DNA of 61,471 nt, taken from NCBI GenBank assembly GCA_937871785.1, contig CALMON010000012.1, forward strand, positions 1-61,471, given 5' to 3'. Below, in pieces: positions 1 through 8,651 of the stretch (position 1 is its first letter; every line of letters begins with the position of its first letter). The notes under the pieces were generated by a model. It saw nothing but the letters and a program-made list of their open reading frames with translations, made no database searches and was not told the origin of the DNA. Origin of the DNA: an uncultured Granulicella sp. Lineage in GTDB: Bacteria > Acidobacteriota > Terriglobia > Terriglobales > Acidobacteriaceae. The position numbers were made by a program, and so were the translations under genes.

Positions 1-336
1 TCCAAAGCCACCGCCACCCAGACCGTCGTAAAAGGTGCTGTATTCCTGTTTGTTCTTCGTACTTTCGATGGCTGTAACGCTTAGATCGCCTCCAGAGTCG
101 ACCATCTGCAGCCCCTTTGCGGTCAGATCGGAGACAATCTGGCTCTTGATACGATCCTCAAAGAACGGATCGGGAGTTTGGACCTTGTAAATCGAAAACG
201 TGTGATAAGAGTTGAAGTTTGCCTTGTGGTCGTAGTCCGTCTGAACAGTCTGGGCAAACGCGCCATGTGCGAGCATCAGAGCACAGGCAACTGTGGCCGA
301 CGGGCTAAGCCATTTTCGCAACAGTTTCGACGACAT
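1..336 (-). CDS. DUF4136-like secreted protein (partial, runs off window start)
   Basis: Manual translation (not in ORF track): MSSKLLRKW...AHGAFAQTVQTDYDHKANFNSYHTFS...YSTFYDGLGGGGFG; signal peptide, DYD..ANF..Y.TF motif and Gly-rich loop typical of DUF4136. Confidence 0.75.
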   Translation of the reverse strand, partial: MSSKLLRKWLSPSATVACALMLAHGAFAQTVQTDYDHKANFNSYHTFSIYKVQTPDPFFEDRIKSQIVSDLTAKGLQMVDSGGDLSVTAIESTKNKQEYSTFYDGLGGGGFG

Positions 337-404
337 AGTTTCCTCTTTTCTTGGCTGATGATTGATAAAGGCTCCACAAGGGGAGCGGCGACAGCTGCCA
401 CAGT

Positions 405-827
405 CTAGGGTAGTCTCGTAGCTGAGTTGAAGTGCTGTCCCAAGGCCGCCCTCACCGCGATCAGGAGTTCCTCACCCACGATGGGCTTATCGATGAGCGC
501 GAAACTTCCGCATAAAGCCTTTGAATCCAAGTTGCCTTGGTCGAGGGAGCCCGATACGACGATCACCGGCAAGCCTGGATAGGAGGTTGCTATGAGTTTC
601 TGAAACTCCCAACCATTCATGCCTGCCATAGCGATGTCAGTGACAACGCAACCGACTGCCGCACCCGCTAGAAACTCAAAGGCGGAAGAGGCGTTCTCGA
701 AGGTTCGCGACGGAAGCGACGCGGAACTAAGGAGAATTCCAATCGATTCACGGACGCGTGAATCGTCGTCGACTACGACGACCAGACGTTCTCCTGAGCC
801 CGCAACGATCTCGGCAGTCCGCATCAT
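405..827 (-). CDS. single-domain response regulator (receiver)
   Basis: VVVVDDDSRVRES, CVVTDIAMAGMNG (phospho-Asp), IDKP; start placed at ATG 827 within ORF 405..905. Confidence 0.85.
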   Translation of the reverse strand: MMRTAEIVAGSGERLVVVVDDDSRVRESIGILLSSASLPSRTFENASSAFEFLAGAAVGCVVTDIAMAGMNGWEFQKLIATSYPGLPVIVVSGSLDQGNLDSKALCGSFALIDKPIVGEELLIAVRAALGQHFNSATRLP

Positions 828-861
828 GCTGTGAGCGTACTTCCGCTGGCGCTGGCTGCCT

Positions 862-877
862 ATTATCGTTTTGTATA
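862..877. promoter_or_regulatory. putative response-regulator box ATTATCGTTTTGTATA (copy 1)
   Basis: Identical 16-mer at 13769-13784 and 14/16 copy at 4226-4241; here upstream of the minus-strand receiver gene. Confidence 0.5.
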
Positions 878-969
878 GAATGACGAGCCAGTGTGGGACA
901 ACCACCGCGCCGAATCGATGTTCCGGGAACTATTCACGCGTGACCAGCCCGAAGACCATCGAATCACTT

Positions 970-1596
970 TTACCATGCTCCCGCAGGACGGATGTGCAAT
1001 TTCTCGGTGATCCGTACAAGCTCCGCTAACGAGTCCGCTTTCATCTTCTTCATGATGTGCGCCCGGTGAACTCGGACGGTAATCTCCTGCGTCCCGAGGC
1101 GGTCGGCAGTCTGCTTATTGAGAAGCCCAGAGACGACGTGGGGTAGCACCTCTCGTTCCTTGGGTGTCAAGGTGTTGTATCTTTTTTGCAGCTCTTTGAG
1201 CAGTCTCTTCTCCTCAAGCTGAACAGTATCGGCGGCAATTGCCGCATCGATGACTTGTAGCAGTTGGTCGGCGTCGAAAGGTTTTGTGAGGAACTCGACG
1301 GCGCCGCCTTTCATTGCGGCTACGCTCATCGCGATATCACCAAACGCTGTGAGAAAGATGATCGGGGGAGCATCACCTGTTCGCAACTCATGCTGCAGTT
1401 CGAGACCGTTCATTCCAGGCAGTCGAACGTCCAATATCAGGCAGGCCGGCGTTTCAGGTCTTCGAAACGCCTGAAACTCTGAAGCATTCGCAAAGGTTTT
1501 TACTTTGCGCCCCTTTGAAAACATGAGAGCCGCCACGGACTCACGGATTCGCGGGTCGTCATCCAGGACGTACACAACGGGTCGCGGGTCGATCAT
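970..1596 (-). CDS. FixJ/NodW/TodT-family response regulator (REC + LuxR HTH)
   Basis: VYVLDDDPRIRES, CLILDVRLPGMNG, EFLTKPF, LTPKEREVLPHVVSGLLNKQ...TVRVHRAHIMKKM. Confidence 0.95.
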   Translation of the reverse strand: MIDPRPVVYVLDDDPRIRESVAALMFSKGRKVKTFANASEFQAFRRPETPACLILDVRLPGMNGLELQHELRTGDAPPIIFLTAFGDIAMSVAAMKGGAVEFLTKPFDADQLLQVIDAAIAADTVQLEEKRLLKELQKRYNTLTPKEREVLPHVVSGLLNKQTADRLGTQEITVRVHRAHIMKKMKADSLAELVRITEKLHIRPAGAW

Positions 1597-3334
1597 ATCG
1601 GCTTCTCCTTTTCCCAGATCGGAAGTTTGAACTCGAAGATGCTTCCAAAAGCATTTGCTGTCGCACGTGCGGATAGCGTACCTCCGTGCGCCTCAATAAT
1701 CGATTTCGCAATGGGGAGTCCAAGGCCCATTCCCTTCGCTTTCGTCGTGTAGAAGGGAACGAAGATCTTCTCATAATTGGCTGGGCGTACTCCGCTGTCT
1801 TCTATGGCAATGCTGACCATGCGCTCCTTGTAGGAGGAGCGAATCACAACCAGCTTGTCGTGGTCAACCATCGAAACTGCATCCAGGGCATTGTTTAGAA
1901 GATTGATGAATACCTGCTGGAGTGCGATCGTTCCGCCGTTTACTAATGGAAGGTCTAGTAAAACTTCATCTTGCACCGTCACTCCAGAGCGCAGGAGTCT
2001 GCCTCGGAGAAGGGGAAGAATCTCTTCCACGGTCTCTCTGATTGAGATCGGCTTCATCTCGGGTGTTTTCCGATTGAAAAGCGCGTTCAAGCCGGTTATG
2101 ATCGCCGCCGTCGTTTTCCCATCTTCGACAATCCGTGTAAACGCTATCAGGGTGTCTGCCAAGTTCGGCGGTTCGTTCGATAGAAAGTTCAAACCTACCT
2201 GGGCATTGGTGACCATCGCGCTCACCGGCTGACAATTTCATGCACGATCGAAGCAGCCAGCTCCGAGGCGGTCGCAATCTGGTTGGCCTGAGCGAGGTGG
2301 GACTGCAGACGCTGAATTGAGTCCTGTGCCATGACCAGATCATCGATGTCGGTGTGCAGGCTGTACCAACGAATCACCTGCCCAGCGGAGTCTGTGAACG
2401 GTTGCGCGGCTACTTGAAACCAACGATAGAGTCCATCATGACGACGTATACGTTGTTGAAACGTGAAGGGAACACCTGATCGATATCCTTGCCTCTTTAA
2501 TGCCGCTATATCTTGTGCCTGATCGGGATGAACATGTCGGCAGGTCGCCGTCTGTACGATAGCTTCGCCCTCTGAATACCCAAAGTATTCAATAAATCTG
2601 GCGCTAACGAAGCTCAGAGTGCCGTCAGATTCTGCCTCCGTTACAAATCCTGGGATGGTGTTTATAGTCCTTTGCAGGCGCGATTCGCTTTCCCGCAGCT
2701 TCAACTCGTCAAGCTTCCGATCAGTAATATCGCGGAGGAAGATGGTCGTTGTTTCTTCAAAGTGTCCGCAGGTGGCGTCGACGATGAGCTCTCGGCCATC
2801 GACCTCCAATGAAAACTCCCCGGACGGAGGATGATCTGGACCGACACCTGGTAGAACCGAAGAGATCGTTTCGCCGAGGATTGCGCGTCTTGTTGTCCTC
2901 AGCAGCTTTTCTGCTACGGGATTCATGAAAGTGATTCTGTGTCGGTTATCGACGAACAAAATGCAGTCGGGACTCGTTTCCACGACAATCTCAAATTTTG
3001 CTTGCATCCGCCGCAACGCCTCCTCGCGACGCTCACGAGCCTCAGCGAGGGCAAGGATCATCAGCGCCGAAACGACAAAGGAGCCAAGTCTGAGGTAGCC
3101 GCCTCGTGAATGAAGCAGGCTCGCGTACGTCGGCAGAACAAAGACTGCAAATAGGACTGTGGAAAAGAGAGAGGCGGTTTGAGCTGCGCGCTTGCCCCCG
3201 TATAAACTAACGGCCATAATGGCAAGCAGCAGCGACGAGGCCGGCGCCTCAATGAATCTGCCAGCAAGCAGAGCGACAGAGCTGAGAGCCATCGCGCAGG
3301 CTTGGATCGTCACGGGTCTCAGGGTTCGCATCAC
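1593..3334 (-). pseudogene. PAS-domain membrane sensor histidine kinase split by a 1-bp frameshift (ORFs 2222..3334 + 1593..2225)
   Basis: N-terminal TM helices, two PAS domains, H-box ASELAASIVHEI; next frame continues QPVSAMVTNA...LQQVFINLLNNA...DSG...FYTTKAKGMGLGL (HATPase). Real lesion or sequencing error unresolved. Confidence 0.85.
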
Positions 3335-3390
3335 TTATCGGCCTGATCACAAGAGTTCTGTCATGTACTATTTTGGAAACGTGCGCTCGG

Positions 3391-3406
3391 GTCCGAATTT
3401 TCGGAC
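3391..3406. other. near-palindrome GTCCGAA-TT-TTCGGAC, candidate res subsite upstream of recombinase
   Basis: 7-2-7 inverted repeat in the AT-richer 170-bp gap before the serine recombinase. Confidence 0.35.
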
Positions 3407-3504
3407 GGGGCGGGTACATAGCTTCGCCTAAATTTATACCTCAGTTTGTATGAGTTGTGAGAAAAAAGCTTGATTCCGCAGGTCGACCTTGACTCTGGGA
3501 GTGA

Positions 3505-4068
3505 ATGCCTATGTTGATTGGATACGCCCGAACGTCGAGCGGTAGTGAACTTCTGAAAGATCAGATCAAGGTTCTTGAGAAGGCAGGTTGTGCGAAGATT
3601 TTCAAAGACCGATCGAATGACGGCACTCTCAATGAGTTGGGCTTTCGTAGAGCACGCGGCGCTCTCAAAGCCGGGGACAAGCTCGTCGTCTGCAAATTGG
3701 ATCGGCTGGGTCGCGGGGTCAAGAGGCTTGTCAGTTTGATCGCAGAACTGCACGAGCTGGGCTGTCAGTTCCAAAGCCTCGATGATTGCCTTGACACATC
3801 AGGAGCCTCCGGTTCCTATCTGTTCGAGGTGGTGCGACGTTTCCAAATCATGGAGCAAGATCTCGTGAGGGAGCGGACACGTCCAGGTTTGCAGACGGCA
3901 CGTCGACTCGGTCGTCGGGGCGGCCGTACCGCTCAAATGACCGCAGCCAAGATGCAGCTTGCTGAACAAAGATTGGGCGCGGGGGTAGCTTTTCGAGAAG
4001 TTGCAGCGGAAATTGGAGTCTCAATTGCAACGTTATACCGCTGGATTCCAGCTTCAACTCGCCGCTGA
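3505..4068 (+). CDS. serine recombinase (resolvase/invertase family)
   Basis: LIGYARTSS (catalytic Ser region), GDKLVVCKLDRLGR, ERTRPGL..AR..GRRGGR, C-terminal HTH GVSIATLYRW. Confidence 0.92.
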   Translation: MPMLIGYARTSSGSELLKDQIKVLEKAGCAKIFKDRSNDGTLNELGFRRARGALKAGDKLVVCKLDRLGRGVKRLVSLIAELHELGCQFQSLDDCLDTSGASGSYLFEVVRRFQIMEQDLVRERTRPGLQTARRLGRRGGRTAQMTAAKMQLAEQRLGAGVAFREVAAEIGVSIATLYRWIPASTRR

Positions 4069-4225
4069 GGAAGACCGTTAGCATTCGGTGAGGCGCACAG
4101 ACGACAGAGTAGGGAGTAGGAGCAGGCAGTGCTGGGTGCAAAGCCAGTCTGACGCCGATAGAAAAACTCTACTTGTTCTTGGCGATCGGTCCGCTCCATT
4201 TTGAGAATGATTTCTCTCCAGCGTC

Positions 4226-4241
4226 ATTATCTGTTTGTATA
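4226..4241. promoter_or_regulatory. putative response-regulator box variant ATTATCTGTTTGTATA (copy 2)
   Basis: 14/16 match to copies at 862 and 13769, same orientation. Confidence 0.35.
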
Positions 4242-4341
4242 GCGTGTGGCGCGTTTTTGCAGAACGGCTCGTTTCAACGCTCCCGGATTGCGGGTACAAG
4301 CGGGTATCAGCTCCATAGAGGCTGCCATTTGCGCGAGGTGC

Positions 4342-5190
4342 TTACACAGGAGTGTCGGTTCTAAGTTCGCTCAGGTAAGAGCGAAGGGAGCGCGTTTTCC
4401 CTCCCAAAATGGCCCGCAAAGTTGTCGCATTGCCGAGAAGGGAATGAGAGTCGTACCAATCCATCATCCGCAAGAGCTGATCCGGCACTTGACCACTTTC
4501 AGGACGAGGAGACTTCTCAGCCCGAATGGGACGATGACAAACGTCACTCATCAGAGCCGCGACCTCGATTCGGTTGAGCGCCCCGTCGGTGGCCAGTTCG
4601 AAGGTGCCATAAAGCAAACGGTCTTCCGTTAAGGCGATCGTCGCAACTTCAGCAACGTCGCGGTAGTCGACTCGACTGAATCTGCTTTCGTTTGCCCACG
4701 GTTCTGAATAAACGCCCGTTTTCTGCGCCTGTATCCATCCCGCTGCCATCGTCTGAAAGAACACCGCAGGCTGCAGCAGAGCATACTCCAACCCGGACTC
4801 CAGGATTGCTTCCTCCACGGGTGCTTTCGCAGCATGATTCTCAAGCTCGGACAGGTTCGGGTGAATAACCGAAGAGAAAACGATCCTGCGGACGCCAGCG
4901 TCCTTGGCGAGCTGAACATATTGTCGCCCGACGGCCGCCTCGTGCTGAAGCGCGACCGGTGCGATGTAAAACGTCGCGTCCACCCCTCGCAGGGCTGATG
5001 CCACCGCAGTGGGGTCGGAAATGTCAGCTACAGCGATCTCGGCCGCACCATGTCTTCTCGCTTTCGCTTCGTCCTCAGCCCGATGGATCAGGCCAACCAC
5101 CTGGACTCCACGTTTGGCCAGGGCTGGCACAACCAACCCTGCAAATGATCCAGCAGCTCCTACGGCAAGAATACGCAACGCTTTGCTCAT
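4342..5190 (-). CDS. NmrA-like NAD(P)-binding atypical SDR
   Basis: ILAVGAAGSFAG Rossmann motif, GVRRIVFSSVIHP, HAAKAPVEE, VDYRDVAEVA; start at MSKALR with GGGGAA RBS. Confidence 0.88.
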   Translation of the reverse strand: MSKALRILAVGAAGSFAGLVVPALAKRGVQVVGLIHRAEDEAKARRHGAAEIAVADISDPTAVASALRGVDATFYIAPVALQHEAAVGRQYVQLAKDAGVRRIVFSSVIHPNLSELENHAAKAPVEEAILESGLEYALLQPAVFFQTMAAGWIQAQKTGVYSEPWANESRFSRVDYRDVAEVATIALTEDRLLYGTFELATDGALNRIEVAALMSDVCHRPIRAEKSPRPESGQVPDQLLRMMDWYDSHSLLGNATTLRAILGGKTRSLRSYLSELRTDTPV

Positions 5191-5406
5191 CGATGATTCC
5201 CCTTTATCAAGATTGACGCGACTTCGTGACACTGGCGTTGCTGCGGTGCTCGCGGGGCGCATTCCATGCGTCTCATCTACGGGCCGGCGTACGCCGCGCG
5301 GTTTGTTCCGCTTTGCATCCAGGCGACGGTACGCTGTTCATTCATGCTTTTCGCGTCTCTTTTTCGAAAGTGCCAGGTCGCACGAGTGTTGAGAACAGGC
5401 ACCGTA

Positions 5407-7341
5407 TCAGGGCTTCACGGCGCCCGAACTTGAGGCCAGTGAGATACCGTTTTCCTGCAGAGTTTGACCGACAGCGCGGTCCAACTGAACCTTAGCTTTC
5501 CGATAGGCTGCTTGGGCTGCAAGTTCCGTGGTTTGTGCCTGGGTTAAATAGGTCTGCTGTTCGATCACCGCAAAGTTGGAGGACATGCCTGCCTGGAACT
5601 TTTCAGTTTCGGCACTCAACAGACGCTCCTGCAACTTGCGGCTGTCGGTCGCGGCGGCGGTGGCCTGCTCTGCGGCGCGAAGGGCGATGCTCGTGTTTCG
5701 GACCTCCGCGGCCGCCTGGCTTTCCAACTGCTTCAAGCGAATCTGCTCCTGCTTCAGGGCGATCCGGTCCGCACCGAGGTTGGCGGACGCTACTCTATTT
5801 TGCAGGGGCAGGTTGAACTGGATTCCGGCCTCAACGATGCGCGAGGCGCTTCTCCCGCCAGCGGGTACCTGATCGAGCGTGCCGGTACCCGACGCTGCGT
5901 CGCCGGCAATGGGGATCAGCGAGGGCCCCAGAACGCCGCGGTTTTGGAAGGCACCGTACAGGTCCAGCTCCGGGAGGCGGGCGTTTGCGGAACCGGAGAC
6001 GAACCGCTCGCCATTCGCGATTTGCAATCTCGCTTGCGCAAGGTCTGGTCGCATGGCGAGGGCTTTTTGCACGAGATCCTCGACGGGCGCCGCCTCGCCG
6101 ACAACATAGGGCGAGAGGGTGTCCGTCGCGACGATGTCCGGGAGCTTTGCGAGCCGTGTAAGGGCATCCGGATCGAGAACAGTGTAGAGCACAATTTGCT
6201 GCTGATCGCGGTGCGAGATGGCCTGTGTCAGCGCAAGCCGATTGGCAGAAACGAGCGATTCGGCCCGTGCGACCTCAATAGGTGGCATGCGGCCAACCTC
6301 CAGTTGCTGCCGGTCGTTGCTTAGCAGCGTTTCGGCGGCACGAAGGGCCTCCTGTTGTACGGCGACGGCGCTCTGCAAGCTAATCAGGTCATAGTAGAGC
6401 GTAGCCACCCCGGAGACCGTGCTGATCATCTGCTCTTCAAGCACGGTGGCGGAAATCTTCTTGTTGGCCCTAGCGACCGCGATCAGGCGGGTGTTGTTCG
6501 AGGAGCCTGCACCCCGTAGAAGTGGCTGGGCAAACAAGGCGATAGCGTTGGGTTTCGAAAATGGAACGGCTGACGACCGTGCGGAATAGAACGATTGCAC
6601 AAAGTCGTTGACCCCCAGTTGAAGGGAAGCACCGGAGCGGAACCCCTTTGCGAGACTGACGTTGGCCAGCGTGTTGTCTGTAACAACCGTATTACTTGCC
6701 GTGGCGGTGCCGCCCGGCGTGTTGGCGAGCGCCGTCACGGGATTGCGATGCAGCCAGGCGAACTGCCCCACAAGGCTTGCGTCAAATGCCGGTATGGCAG
6801 AACCGGACGAAAAGGGCGCCTGCGCGATGGCCAGGGAATGATTCGCCTCAAGGACATGCCCCGCGTCGAAAGACGAGGAAACGGAAAGACCCGCCGGGTC
6901 GACGCTTGCCGGAGTCGAGGATGTGAGCAAAGAGAGCGACGCGAGCGGAACGCCCGCGGGTGCTTCCGCCACACTGTAGCTGATTTGTGTAGGCGTTCCG
7001 CCGCCCGCCGCGCGTTGAATTCCCAGCTCGGCCACACCTTGGTCTTCTCGCTGCAGCTGGATGTCGAGATTGTTCCGAAGCGCCATGGCGACAGCTTGCC
7101 GTAGGGAAAGCTCAAGCCGGTTCGACAGGGATGTCGTCTGCGGCTGGTACGTGGAGGGTGGCAAAGGTGCGTCCGGAACCGGCACAACCGATGGGGGGAC
7201 TGGAGCAGCGGCGGGGACCTGTCCAACGACGCCAGGGCAGGTTCCGATGAGGACTACAAGAGTGCCGAGCGAATGCCAGCAGCCGACGCGTGCCAGGGTA
7301 GATTGCGCAAGGAAAGCCGTGAGACTCGGCCCGGTTGTCAT
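5407..7341 (-). CDS. TolC-family outer membrane efflux protein
   Basis: LSLRQAVAMALRNNLDI, RPDLAQAR, RLPELDL, AETEKFQAGMSSNFAV; overlaps the MFP gene by 4 bp. Confidence 0.9.
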   Translation of the reverse strand: MTTGPSLTAFLAQSTLARVGCWHSLGTLVVLIGTCPGVVGQVPAAAPVPPSVVPVPDAPLPPSTYQPQTTSLSNRLELSLRQAVAMALRNNLDIQLQREDQGVAELGIQRAAGGGTPTQISYSVAEAPAGVPLASLSLLTSSTPASVDPAGLSVSSSFDAGHVLEANHSLAIAQAPFSSGSAIPAFDASLVGQFAWLHRNPVTALANTPGGTATASNTVVTDNTLANVSLAKGFRSGASLQLGVNDFVQSFYSARSSAVPFSKPNAIALFAQPLLRGAGSSNNTRLIAVARANKKISATVLEEQMISTVSGVATLYYDLISLQSAVAVQQEALRAAETLLSNDRQQLEVGRMPPIEVARAESLVSANRLALTQAISHRDQQQIVLYTVLDPDALTRLAKLPDIVATDTLSPYVVGEAAPVEDLVQKALAMRPDLAQARLQIANGERFVSGSANARLPELDLYGAFQNRGVLGPSLIPIAGDAASGTGTLDQVPAGGRSASRIVEAGIQFNLPLQNRVASANLGADRIALKQEQIRLKQLESQAAAEVRNTSIALRAAEQATAAATDSRKLQERLLSAETEKFQAGMSSNFAVIEQQTYLTQAQTTELAAQAAYRKAKVQLDRAVGQTLQENGISLASSSGAVKP

Positions 7342-8651
7342 TTCTGCTGTCCCTCCGGTGCAGATTGTGTCGACACGTGGGCACCTTCCTGGACGGCATC
7401 GGTTGGGTTCACCACGATTTGATCGCCGTCTTTCAGCCCGGTGGTGACGTATACCTGCGTACCCAGGTCGCGGCCCACATGCACCGGCTGAAGATGAACC
7501 ACGCCCTGAGAAACGACTGCAATGAACTGGCCCTGAGCTCGTGGGATCACGCTATCGCCCGCGACTAGAATGCCGGGATCGGCCGCCTTGAAGCGAAGCT
7601 GCACAGAGGCGAACATGCCGGGCCGCAAGCGATGAGCGGTGTCGGCAATTCCGATCTCAAGCAGTAACGTGCGCGTTTGCTGGCTGAGCGAATCGCTGGT
7701 GCGGGTGACCGTACCCAGAAAGGGTTCACTCGGCATCTCCGAGAAGGTGAGGGTAGCGGGCTGACCAGTCTGGAGGAAAGGTGCGTCGTCCTCCGGCACC
7801 GTGACGAAGACGAGCAGATCGCGTGTGCTGGCAATCTCAAACAGCTCGTTGCCTTGTGAGCCGCCAGTGGGTGGACCACCAGTCTGGCTCATCGCGGGTG
7901 CGGGTGTCAGGCCCTCCCCAGAACCGCCGGCAGAAACCAGGCTTCCCATTTCTACATTTCGCGCAGTCACGGTACCGTCGATAGGCGACCGGATCTGCTC
8001 GAACGATACCAGTGCAGAGGCCCTGGCGAGTGCCGCGGACGCCGCGCTGATGGCGCCCTGCGCGGATCGGACATCTTCAATAGCCGCCTTCAGCGCGGCG
8101 CGCGCAACATCGTCATCTTGCTGGGACAGTACGCCGTGCAGCACGAGCGTATGGACCCTGTCGTATGTCGCCTGCTGGAGATCCTTCTGGCTTTCGGCTT
8201 TGGCAAGGGCGTTGCGACCCTGCTGAACGATGGCTTGCTGTTGCAGGACGGCCGCGTCAAGATCGGGTGCGGAGATGGTCGCAAGCAGCTGCCCACGATG
8301 GACCTTGTCTCCGAGATCGACATACCTCGCTTTCAGGTATCCTGCCGCACGCGCGTAGATGTGCACTGCGTTGGCCGGAGTCACTGTTCCCGGCAGGGTA
8401 AGCTGCTGTGTGCTCGAGGCCTGCCGCGCGGTCATGACTTGTACGACTGGCAAGGCTTTGCTTTGCTGGTCGGCCTGTGCGTCGATTGCGTGTGTCGTCT
8501 TTCGGCGAGGCAGAAGGCCGATCAAGAGCAGCACGGCGACAACCACTACCGCGAGGACGGAAAGCAACAGGCGCGAACGATGCGGAGTGGCACTATTCGC
8601 GGCGGTGGCCGGTAGTTGGTGGTCCGGGGGTGTATAGGTCTGTTCGCTCAC
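7338..8651 (-). CDS. efflux RND periplasmic adaptor (MFP)
   Basis: N-terminal TM, IYARAAGYLKARYVDLGDKV, IRSPIDGTVTARNV..GSLV, LRPGMFA. Confidence 0.93.
   Translation of the reverse strand: MSEQTYTPPDHQLPATAANSATPHRSRLLLSVLAVVVVAVLLLIGLLPRRKTTHAIDAQADQQSKALPVVQVMTARQASSTQQLTLPGTVTPANAVHIYARAAGYLKARYVDLGDKVHRGQLLATISAPDLDAAVLQQQAIVQQGRNALAKAESQKDLQQATYDRVHTLVLHGVLSQQDDDVARAALKAAIEDVRSAQGAISAASAALARASALVSFEQIRSPIDGTVTARNVEMGSLVSAGGSGEGLTPAPAMSQTGGPPTGGSQGNELFEIASTRDLLVFVTVPEDDAPFLQTGQPATLTFSEMPSEPFLGTVTRTSDSLSQQTRTLLLEIGIADTAHRLRPGMFASVQLRFKAADPGILVAGDSVIPRAQGQFIAVVSQGVVHLQPVHVGRDLGTQVYVTTGLKDGDQIVVNPTDAVQEGAHVSTQSAPEGQQK

Noticed and set aside
3505-4068. Tn3-family transposon around the resolvase
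   Set aside because: No tnpA and no 38-bp GGGG-starting terminal inverted repeats recognised in the window
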